Assembly (NCBI GenBank): GCA_965261025.1
Contig: OZ253438.1
Coordinates: forward strand, 60,001 to 92,000
From: Chlamydiales bacterium
Lineage (GTDB): Bacteria > Chlamydiota > Chlamydiia > Chlamydiales > SM23-39
Direction: 5' to 3'
DNA: 32,000 nt
In this document: one piece after another, positions 1 to 6,227 of the stretch
How positions within the stretch are numbered: the first letter of the stretch is position 1
Layout: each line of letters opens with the position of its first letter
Made by a program: the position numbers and the translations under genes
Notes under the pieces: model-generated
Databases searched by the model: none
Seen by the model: only the letters and a program-made list of their open reading frames with translations
What the model was told of the DNA's origin: nothing

Positions 1-32
1 GAATTTCGGCTTTTCAATAGGATAGTTGTTTT

Positions 33-2762
33 ATGTTAAAAATTGAAGAATACCGAACACAAGAGCTTAGAGATGGAGAAATCCACGCTATTTACCAGCC
101 GGATAAATATGATGAAAGTGGTCACGGAAAGGATATATACTTTACTGGAAGACCGAATACAGGTGATCGGGGCTATTGCCAAATTCATTTCTATTGTTCT
201 GTTGAAAGATCGATTTTTCGTTTAGACTATCCCGAAAATGTTTCAAACTATTACTGGGGAAAAGATCTAAAAAAAGCACATTCCAAATATAATGAGGTAA
301 TTGGAACGGCGCAACCAAGCCATGCTTGTTGTGTTACAGCTTTAGCTGGTCTTTCATATGAAGTATTTTTAGCTAATAATCCATTTGATTCTTCTCTTAT
401 AGATTGTTTTGAACTGGATTTTCCAAGAACGTGCTTAAAAAGGTACAGCTCAATAGAGACGCCCCACAAAAAGGTGGTTAAAATAGAACGTCTTTATAAA
501 TACGATGGAATTGGAAAATCTTTTGAAGTACGCTTTCTTACTTTAGGACAGGAGGGGAAACTTTTTGTTTGGGAGGCAAATCTTTCAAATGTTAGTTCGG
601 ACTTGTCGAAGGAAAGGCCTCTTCGATTCTCACCCCATTTTTTATCTATTACGCCAGAGCGATCGTGGAAGGAAACAATACGTTCTCAGAGTTTTCCCAA
701 TTCTATGGAACACAATAACCTCCCGATAGCTAATTTTAGTGCTGTAGATGCGCTCCCTAGTGTACACAATGCTGGGTTGAAACGTTGTGTTCAGGTATTT
801 AGCGATACCTTTTTTACTACAGTACCGATTAATAACACAGAGAAAATATACTATAACACGCAAAAGTGGGCTCCCTTTTCTGGCGATTTTATTAGGAAAG
901 TGTTGGGGCCTTGTGTAATGGAGCAGAAAACCAGATTATCAAAAATAGTAGAAAGCCAAATGATCGGGCTTTTAGGAATTCAAAGAGGGCTCCCTGAGCT
1001 TCCTTTCGACTCTATTGGGCGTGTTAATATTGAAACTTTTGAATTCAAGGGTTTTTTTACTCTTAGTTCGACTTATTTTGAAAAAACTCACGGTCAGTCT
1101 GAGTGCGCTGCTGCGTATTTTGATTCTTTGGTAGTGCTAGATCAAGGTATTCTAGGGAGTTTTTGGGGGGTATTTATTGCCGCTGGCCGAGTTTTATTTA
1201 AAGATGGTTCTAGTTCTCTATTTATTCAGTCTTGGAATCGAGAAGGGAACAATCTTGTACAAAAAAACCCCTTAAAAACTTGTATAATAGAGGGAGTTTC
1301 TTTACCCATTAATTTGTTGAGATTATGTGGACAAACTTTTCTTCTTTCATTTCGCGATAAAAACAATACTTTTCATGTTCATTGGATGGGTAGGGGGCTA
1401 AATCTTATAGATCGCATAAGCTGGAATAATCCAAATAAGATTGAGGAAGATATTTGGTTTACAAGAGTAGCTTTTGAAGATAGATCCGTAGCAGTTTTTA
1501 TAAATCCTGATCTCATAGCAAGCTCTAGCAAAAGGGGTTCTTCTCCTTTTATTTTCCGCCTAGACCCTCCAGTAGAGAAAAATTCCCGAAGTCTAAGTGT
1601 ACTTGAAGAAGACAAGAAAGATAATTTTGAAGTTAACCAAGCCTCTTCAGTAACTATCCAAGAGCATTTGCCTCGTAGGAAGATGCTTGACTCTGAAATC
1701 CAAGAAATAAGAAGAGAAATAGCTGCGGCAGGAAGAGAGCCTATAGATGAAGAAGAGCTTCGTGCTAGTATAGAGCTTATGAGAGCGATAGGTAAATATA
1801 GAGAAGATATTATAGAAACTTCTAGAAATAATCGAAGAAGCCGTGATTTAGAAGGAGCTGTGCAAGCTCTACTTTCTCATAAAAATAAGAGGGTTTCAGA
1901 GTATTACCGAGAAATGGATTTAATGTTAGGTAGTGTTCTTTTAGCTGCCCAGGTTTCTTTTTCTAATATATTTAGTGTAAGACCTCGCGTAAGTTTTAAT
2001 GCACTAACCACAGCTTTAAATGGTGTAAGGTTAAGCGCTAAGGCTTTCACAATGTTTGGGAGAATCTTCCCTATAGTGGGTGGTATGGCCGATTCGATTG
2101 GTTCAGCAGTGGAAGAAGTAGCAGAAGAGGTCGCTGATCGCCTGAAAAAGGATCACTTAAAAAAAATAGCTAGGTTTTGTAAGCATCATGAAATAGAGGC
2201 TCTTTCAGAAGCGGTAGCAAGAGGACTTGCTTATGCTAATGAAGGGCTAATTGGAACAAAAGGTGAAGATATATCCAAGCTTGTTGAAAAGCACGTTGAC
2301 AAGCTTATTAAGGCTATTCTTAAGAGGGAAGAAGCTCTAGGTAGTTTTCCTGAAAAAGTAAACTTCCTTGTTTCAAATATAGGTTTAGCTAGAAGTAATA
2401 GTGCGATTAGGCGGGGAAGCCATCTTGCTTCAGCTTCTTTAAGTCATGCAGAAGAATTACAAAATCTGAAAGAAGCCCTTGAAACTCAACAAAAGCAAAT
2501 ACAAGCTCTTCAAAGGCGGCTTTCCTTAGGAAGAGGTAGTGATCATTCTACTCATGAAATAGAGATGGGAGATCAGCTTCAAGCGCAAGTTCAGGATCAA
2601 GTTTCTAAAAGTGTAACACAAAATAACCAAGCTTCTGTCTCTTCTGGTGAAGATATAATAGGTAAGTTTGAAAGGAATTTAGCTTCGTTTGGTATAGCAG
2701 CTCTTCAGCAAATGGAAGATTTAAATTCCAGGTTAAGAGCTCTAGAAGAGAGAAAGAGTTAA
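33..2762 (+). CDS. Large hypothetical protein (909 aa), candidate secreted effector. Has an N-terminal CE-clan-like Cys-protease motif set, a beta-rich middle, and a C-terminal coiled-coil region with two hydrophobic segments.
   Basis: Uninterrupted 909-codon ORF. An in-frame stop at 18-20 fixes the N-terminus, and AGGA lies ~10 nt upstream of ATG 33. N-terminus shows H52 (CQIHFY), D65 (FRLDYP) and Q94-x5-C100 (AQPSHACCVTALAGLSY). The C-terminal third is heptad-like and charged (EIQEIRREIAAAG, LQNLKEALETQQKQIQALQRRL), with hydrophobic stretches LMLGSVLLAAQVSF and FGRIFPIVGGMADSIGSAV. I recognise no confident family. Confidence 0.8.
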   Translation: MLKIEEYRTQELRDGEIHAIYQPDKYDESGHGKDIYFTGRPNTGDRGYCQIHFYCSVERSIFRLDYPENVSNYYWGKDLKKAHSKYNEVIGTAQPSHACCVTALAGLSYEVFLANNPFDSSLIDCFELDFPRTCLKRYSSIETPHKKVVKIERLYKYDGIGKSFEVRFLTLGQEGKLFVWEANLSNVSSDLSKERPLRFSPHFLSITPERSWKETIRSQSFPNSMEHNNLPIANFSAVDALPSVHNAGLKRCVQVFSDTFFTTVPINNTEKIYYNTQKWAPFSGDFIRKVLGPCVMEQKTRLSKIVESQMIGLLGIQRGLPELPFDSIGRVNIETFEFKGFFTLSSTYFEKTHGQSECAAAYFDSLVVLDQGILGSFWGVFIAAGRVLFKDGSSSLFIQSWNREGNNLVQKNPLKTCIIEGVSLPINLLRLCGQTFLLSFRDKNNTFHVHWMGRGLNLIDRISWNNPNKIEEDIWFTRVAFEDRSVAVFINPDLIASSSKRGSSPFIFRLDPPVEKNSRSLSVLEEDKKDNFEVNQASSVTIQEHLPRRKMLDSEIQEIRREIAAAGREPIDEEELRASIELMRAIGKYREDIIETSRNNRRSRDLEGAVQALLSHKNKRVSEYYREMDLMLGSVLLAAQVSFSNIFSVRPRVSFNALTTALNGVRLSAKAFTMFGRIFPIVGGMADSIGSAVEEVAEEVADRLKKDHLKKIARFCKHHEIEALSEAVARGLAYANEGLIGTKGEDISKLVEKHVDKLIKAILKREEALGSFPEKVNFLVSNIGLARSNSAIRRGSHLASASLSHAEELQNLKEALETQQKQIQALQRRLSLGRGSDHSTHEIEMGDQLQAQVQDQVSKSVTQNNQASVSSGEDIIGKFERNLASFGIAALQQMEDLNSRLRALEERKS

Positions 2763-2765
2763 GCA

Positions 2766-3779
2766 TTGCAAATGCCAGGGAAAAACTCTCTCTCGGATCA
2801 AATAATAGCCGAATGTTTAAAGAAAGACTATGGCATTGAGGTTATTTCTTTGGCATTTCTTTCTATTGGAGCAGATATCCATGCCTTTTTGTTTAAAGCG
2901 CAAGCGTTTGATCAAAAAACCTATTTTGTAAAAATCAAGCGAGGGTATCAATATGATGTCAGCGCTGAAATAGTAGAGATACTATACCTAGCGGGTATCA
3001 AAGAAGTCATTCCTCCTATTAAAACCGTTCAAGGTAAAGGAATGGTATCCTTGAATGATTTTACTCTTATTGTATACCCCTTTGTTGTTGGTCAGAATGG
3101 ATTTAATAAGAGTTTAAAAGAAGAGCAGTGGATAAAACTGGGCAATGCACTTAAGCAAGTTCATGAAATAGCATTGCCAAAATCTATTCAAACAAAAATC
3201 CGTAAAGAGACTTATTCTGATAAATGGCGAAAAGTTGTTGGGTCAATTTACTCTCATATTGAAGCAAACTCTCCCCATGATGAAATAGCTTTAAAACTTG
3301 GTTCCTTTATGAAGGTAAATAGGGTAGCAATTCAGAGGTTAGTAAAACGAGCTGAAGAGCTGGGGAAAAAGCTTCAAAACACCATTCTTCCTTTTGTCTT
3401 ATGTCATTCTGATATTCATGGCGGTAATGTACTCTTAGATGATCATTCTCATATTTACATAGTAGATTGGGATGATCCTATTATGGCGCCCAAAGAGCGT
3501 GATCTTATGTTTATAGGAGGAGGCGTGGGAAATGTTTGGAATAAGCCAATGCAAGAGAGGTTTTTTTACAAGGGATACAGAGAGGTAAAAATAGATAGAG
3601 CAGCTTCATCCTATTACCGACATGAGCGTATCGTAGAAGATATTGCCATTTATAGTCAGGAACTACTTCTTAAAGCTAATACAGAGAAAGATAGATTAGA
3701 AATGCTAAAGCATTTCCTGGCTATGTTTGATCCTGAAGGTGTAGTAGATATTGCGTTTAGAACCGATGAGGCTTTATAA
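2766..3779 (+). CDS. Aminoglycoside phosphotransferase / choline-kinase family (protein-kinase-like fold) small-molecule kinase
   Basis: Brenner-type catalytic motif HSDIHGGNVLLDD is followed by the metal-binding IYIVDWDD. The N-terminal lobe has a conserved Lys context (YFVKIKRG). The track start is TTG 2766; ATG 2772 is an alternative. Only 3 nt separate it from the stop of the upstream 909-aa ORF. Confidence 0.8.
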   Translation: MQMPGKNSLSDQIIAECLKKDYGIEVISLAFLSIGADIHAFLFKAQAFDQKTYFVKIKRGYQYDVSAEIVEILYLAGIKEVIPPIKTVQGKGMVSLNDFTLIVYPFVVGQNGFNKSLKEEQWIKLGNALKQVHEIALPKSIQTKIRKETYSDKWRKVVGSIYSHIEANSPHDEIALKLGSFMKVNRVAIQRLVKRAEELGKKLQNTILPFVLCHSDIHGGNVLLDDHSHIYIVDWDDPIMAPKERDLMFIGGGVGNVWNKPMQERFFYKGYREVKIDRAASSYYRHERIVEDIAIYSQELLLKANTEKDRLEMLKHFLAMFDPEGVVDIAFRTDEAL

Positions 3780-3806
3780 AATCAGAGAACATGGAATAGA
3801 AAAAGC

Positions 3807-4097
3807 TATGAACCTATCCTAATAAAGTCTCTAGCCACATATAAATAAGCCCTAAAAAAGCAAAAGAATTCCAGGCGATAGGATTTCTCTCCCATCTCAT
3901 TAATAATCTTCTACATTTTCGTTATTTTACGAAAATCAGCTCTAGGAACACCCCGAACGGGAGGAGGTGTCCAGTTCATAGACTGATGAATTAAAGACCA
4001 CTGAGAATCAGAAAGACAAGTAAAGGGCTTTTTCATAGTTATCTCCTTAAAAAAGGAAACTATATCAAATTCAAACTTTAATTAGGATAGGTTCATA
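3807..4097 (-). mobile_element. Internally deleted IS5-family (DUF4096-type transposase) element, MITE-like remnant with terminal inverted repeats
   Basis: TATGAACCTATCCTAAT at 3807-3823 is the exact reverse complement of ATTAGGATAGGTTCATA at 4081-4097, and similarity continues a few nt inward (AAAGT). Between the repeats lies only the first ~75 codons of a transposase, with a stop and a frameshift. I could not see an obvious target-site duplication. Confidence 0.7.
3911..4036 (-). pseudogene. Truncated IS5-family transposase N-terminus (DUF4096-like)
   Basis: The minus-strand ORF reads MKKPFTCLSDSQWSLIHQSMNWTPPPVRGVPRADFRKITKM*, with AAGGAG 7 nt upstream. The LSDxQW...RGxPRxD pattern is typical of IS5/IS427-group transposase N-termini. 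After the stop a +1 frame continues with RWERNPIAWNSFAF (compare WRDLP..W.SVY.RF) and then runs into the left inverted repeat. The DDE catalytic domain is absent. Confidence 0.6.
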
Positions 4098-4145
4098 AAT
4101 GGTTTTTTGATCTAAATCTAATTTTTGTAGTAAAATAAGGGTATC

Positions 4146-4493
4146 GTGTGTGGTGTGTGTGTGGCTAGGAAAATTGCAGCAATTATTACAGCAGTCACTG
4201 GGGATAGGATTGTAGTTGGAGAAGAAGAACTTAGACACGCTATAGAAACGCATTTTCCAATGCTTCCTTCAGATATCTTACTGGAATTAATTGAAAGGAT
4301 TTTAAAAGATCCCACTAAAATTTTTGAACAGAAGAAGCAAAGTCAATACCATCTTTTTTATCGACTTGAAAATAGGAAATATTTAGTTGTAATTATAAAG
4401 AAAGTCTCAACCGGAAATTATTTTTCAACTATGTATAGTACAGGGGTTTCAATTAGAAACGTTCATAAAAACTTAAAGGAAATTAAACCATGA
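4146..4493 (+). CDS. Putative toxin of RelE/barnase-EndoU-ColicinE5/D-like fold (DUF4258/PBECR-like small nuclease)
   Basis: 115-aa ORF with the pattern EELRHAIETH ... ILKDPTKIFE ... YLVVIIKKVSTGNYFSTMY. That is a His-containing helix, an 'il..P..i' segment, then a beta-strand with an xTxY ending, as in small RelE-fold toxins. It overlaps the downstream partner by 4 nt (ATGA). AAGGG lies ~7 nt upstream of GTG 4146. The start codon is uncertain because it sits inside a GT-rich tract. Confidence 0.5.
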   Translation: MCGVCVARKIAAIITAVTGDRIVVGEEELRHAIETHFPMLPSDILLELIERILKDPTKIFEQKKQSQYHLFYRLENRKYLVVIIKKVSTGNYFSTMYSTGVSIRNVHKNLKEIKP

Positions 4494-4804
4494 AAAAAGG
4501 AAAAGTTTTTTTCAATCCAATTGAAGGGTCTGGAACTTTAACCATTTCCTGGAGCTCAGGACCTAAAGGAGATGCTGTAGAAGCTAAAAAAGGAGCTGGA
4601 GTAGGTTTTTTCTCTAATTCAGGAGAATTGCTTTGTGTTGTTTTTGATGAAGTTCAATCTTCTATAGATCAACAGACTCTTGAATTTAGTCTTTATAACA
4701 TAATAGTCACTGTAAAGAGTAGTAAGGTGAAATACGTTGTAACTAAGGTTCCTTCAAAGACTTTAATTCGAAAAAAAAGAGCAAAACGAAAGCAGCCTAT
4801 TTAG
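4490..4804 (+). CDS. DUF2283-like putative antitoxin with a basic C-terminal tail
   Basis: The N-terminal half (VFFNPIEGSGTLTISW...VEAKKGAGVGFFSNSGELLCVVFDEV) follows the DUF2283 pattern (YDpeaDalyi...ve...gvivdyd.dGrlvGiEil). DUF2283 proteins are typically paired with DUF4258-type toxins. Translationally coupled to the upstream ORF. The C-terminus is KKRAKRKQPI. Confidence 0.45.
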   Translation: MKKGKVFFNPIEGSGTLTISWSSGPKGDAVEAKKGAGVGFFSNSGELLCVVFDEVQSSIDQQTLEFSLYNIIVTVKSSKVKYVVTKVPSKTLIRKKRAKRKQPI

Positions 4805-4834
4805 TCCTTCTTAAAGAGTTATCTGAAGTTCAAT

Positions 4835-4909
4835 TTACCTCCGTAAAATCTGATTTGATCGATATGTAATTTCTAAAACCTCCTCTAAAGAAGGAAAATA
4901 TAACTTCAT
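4835..4909 (-). pseudogene. doc: Truncated Doc (death-on-curing, Fic-fold) toxin, N-terminal 24 codons only
   Basis: An ATG at 4909, 3 nt downstream of the antitoxin stop, reads MKLYFPSLEEVLEITYRSNQILRR*. The L(S/T)xEEVLxI start is typical of Doc family toxins. The remaining ~100 codons are missing, and the convergent DUF2283-like gene ends at 4804. Confidence 0.5.
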
Positions 4910-4912
4910 CCC

Positions 4913-5158
4913 TTACTCGGCCAGGCATTTCAAAGTTTTGCCATACTTTCTATTGACCTTTTTCATGGACTCACTAAATTTCTTCTTTTCAGATTTTTTC
5001 TTGATAGGAGTAATAAGAAGGGTCTCTCCATCAGGGGTTGAAACTTGAAGTAAAGTTTGATCGTTTATTCCTAAGAGATCCAAGATAGCTCTTTCTATGA
5101 TAAGGGCGTAGCTATTTCCGTGTTTTGTTAGTTTTTTAGTAATACTCATACACGCCAT
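4913..5158 (-). CDS. AbrB/MazE (SpoVT-AbrB fold) type II antitoxin, Phd-equivalent partner of the decayed doc
   Basis: ITKKLTKHGNSYALIIERAILDLLGI is the canonical swapped-hairpin AbrB/MazE N-terminal motif (K.GNS.al.iP). It has a lysine-rich C-terminal tail and sits immediately upstream of the doc remnant. Confidence 0.75.
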   Translation of the reverse strand: MACMSITKKLTKHGNSYALIIERAILDLLGINDQTLLQVSTPDGETLLITPIKKKSEKKKFSESMKKVNRKYGKTLKCLAE

Positions 5159-5177
5159 CCTAGGGTAAGTTATTCCA

Positions 5178-5191
5178 AATGTATATACATT
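5178..5191. promoter_or_regulatory. Perfect 14-nt palindrome, candidate operator of the AbrB-type antitoxin promoter
   Basis: AATGTATATACATT equals its own reverse complement. It lies 20-33 nt upstream of the antitoxin start (5158, minus strand) and is followed by a half-site repeat, GTATATC. Confidence 0.4.
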
Positions 5192-5224
5192 GTATATCTA
5201 AAATTAGTAATTTGCCAAGTTTTT

Positions 5225-5329
5225 GGGACACAAATGGGGCAGTAGTCTTTCAAAAAAGCCAACTAAAGACAATAGGTTTCAATAAATAAAGATTTCTAAG
5301 AATCTCTTTTTTAGGTTGATAAGTGTTGA
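5225..5329 (+). repeat. Copy 1 of a ~105-bp direct repeat (partner at 7050-7155)
   Basis: GGGACACAAATGGGGCAGTAGTCTTTCAAAAAAGCCAACTAAAGAC...TTTTTTAGGTTGATAAGTGTTGA aligns without gaps to 7050-7155, with about 14 mismatches by eye. It contains the hairpin GTCTTT-N14-AAAGAC. Confidence 0.85.
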
Positions 5330-5346
5330 GTTTGTTAGGAGAGAGT

Positions 5347-5412
5347 GGGATTTCAAAAGACTGTAAATCCCTCTGCTTGCAGTCTCCGTTGGTTCGAGTC
5401 TAACTGCCCCCA
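5347..5412 (+). other. tRNA-like 3-prime fragment: anticodon-arm-like hairpin, variable-arm-like hairpin, canonical T-arm and acceptor 3-prime strand. Not an intact tRNA.
   Basis: The T-arm is GTTGG-TTCGAGT-CTAAC (5388-5404), followed by TGCCCCC-A. Upstream are GGGATTT-N11-AAATCCC (5347-5371) and CTGC-TT-GCAG (5373-5382). GGGATTT..AAATCCCTC resembles a tRNA-Leu(UAA) anticodon arm, but the loop is 17 nt if the stem is taken as GGGA/TCCC. No D-arm or adjacent 5-prime acceptor strand is present. Confidence 0.45.
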
Positions 5413-5543
5413 TTCTCCAATGGAAATTTCTCTGAAAATATTCTGAGCCATAGCTTGTTTTTCTATTACATTAGGACTTTTTGTAGAGCATTAAAGGTTA
5501 CTTAAAGTTTTTATTTATATAAATTTCTTGAAAAAAGCTTTTT

Positions 5544-5572
5544 ATTGATATACCTTGTCAAGGTATATCAAT
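5544..5572. promoter_or_regulatory. 29-nt perfect palindrome, candidate HigA operator overlapping the higBA promoter
   Basis: ATTGATATACCTTG-T-CAAGGTATATCAAT has 14-nt arms around a single central T. It ends 18 nt upstream of the higB ATG (5591). The left arm contains the -35-like hexamer TTGATA, and the right arm contains TATATC/TATCAA. Confidence 0.55.
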
Positions 5573-5590
5573 CTTAACTGAGTTGTAGTG

Positions 5591-5878
5591 ATGGCTATTC
5601 AATCCTTTGTTGATGAAGATGCCGAACTTTTTTTCAAAAAAGGTATTCGAGCTAGGAAAAGAGGATGGGATCAATGTCGCAATATAGCAAAGAGGAAGCT
5701 TGATATGCTACACTATGCAAAAGAACTAAAAGATTTGAAGAGTCCACCGAATAATAGGCTAGAGATTTTAAAAGGGGATTTTAAAGGCCACTATAGTATC
5801 AGAGTGAATGATCAGTGGCGGATTGTTTTTAGATGGGATCACGCCCCGCATGATGTACAAATTATAGATTATCATTAA
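5591..5878 (+). CDS. higB: HigB toxin (RelE/ParE superfamily, plasmid maintenance system killer protein)
   Basis: The full-length pattern matches HigB: IQSFVDEDAELFFKKG ... LKSPPNNRLEILKGDFKGHYSIRVNDQWRIVFRW...VQIIDYH. The toxin-first gene order is typical of higBA. The track start is GTG 5588; I prefer ATG 5591. Confidence 0.9.
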   Translation: MAIQSFVDEDAELFFKKGIRARKRGWDQCRNIAKRKLDMLHYAKELKDLKSPPNNRLEILKGDFKGHYSIRVNDQWRIVFRWDHAPHDVQIIDYH

Positions 5879-5892
5879 ATTTGAAGGGTATT

Positions 5893-6204
5893 ATGAGAAG
5901 AAAACCTACCTCTCCTGGAGAGATCCTTTTCGAAGAGTTCTTAAAACCATTAGGAATTACTCAAGCAGAGTTTGCAATTCATCTTGGATGTGATTACAAA
6001 GTAATTAACCGGATCATCAATGAAAAAGCTTCAGTTACCCCTCAAATGGCTATGAAATTTGCAGCAGCTTTAGATACTACCCCCGATTTTTGGTTGAATG
6101 CACAGATGCATTTAGATTTATGGAAGCTTCGTATAAAAAAACCAAAAATTCACTCTTTAATTCGAGTAAGAAGAAGATCTAAAAAGACAAATTATTTGGA
6201 ATAG
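5893..6204 (+). CDS. higA: HigA antitoxin (XRE-family HTH, addiction module antidote protein)
   Basis: PGEILFEEFLKPLGITQAEFAIHLGCDYKVINRIINEKASVTPQMAMKFAAALDTTPDFWLNAQ is the canonical HigA HTH_3 sequence. It lies directly downstream of higB. The track start is TTG 5881; I prefer ATG 5893. Confidence 0.9.
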   Translation: MRRKPTSPGEILFEEFLKPLGITQAEFAIHLGCDYKVINRIINEKASVTPQMAMKFAAALDTTPDFWLNAQMHLDLWKLRIKKPKIHSLIRVRRRSKKTNYLE

Positions 6205-6227
6205 TTGAATCTGGGTGAATTTTTTCT

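Noticed and set aside
43-1615. Small alternative-frame and antisense ORFs (43-225, 251-469, 642-863, 1379-1615)
   Set aside because: All are nested within the uninterrupted 909-codon ORF and have no independent support.
4071-4315. Two minus-strand ORFs (60 and 65 aa) across the IS end and the toxin-like gene
   Set aside because: They overlap the right inverted repeat and the better-supported plus-strand ORF, which is translationally coupled to its partner. Neither has a recognisable motif.
5291-5316. AGATT-TCTAAG-AATCT followed by a T-run, considered as a rho-independent terminator
   Set aside because: The stem is only 5 AT-rich base pairs and is not conserved in repeat copy 2 (TTGATCTAATGCTCTC). 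It is too weak to call.
5236-5412. Calling this segment an intact tRNA or a tmRNA
   Set aside because: It has no D-arm. The anticodon-type loop is oversized. There is no G3-U70 pair, no recognisable tag reading frame ending in a hydrophobic tail, and the length (~175 nt) is about half that of chlamydial tmRNA. The acceptor pairing needs a one-nucleotide register shift relative to the T-arm. It is kept only as a tRNA-like fragment.
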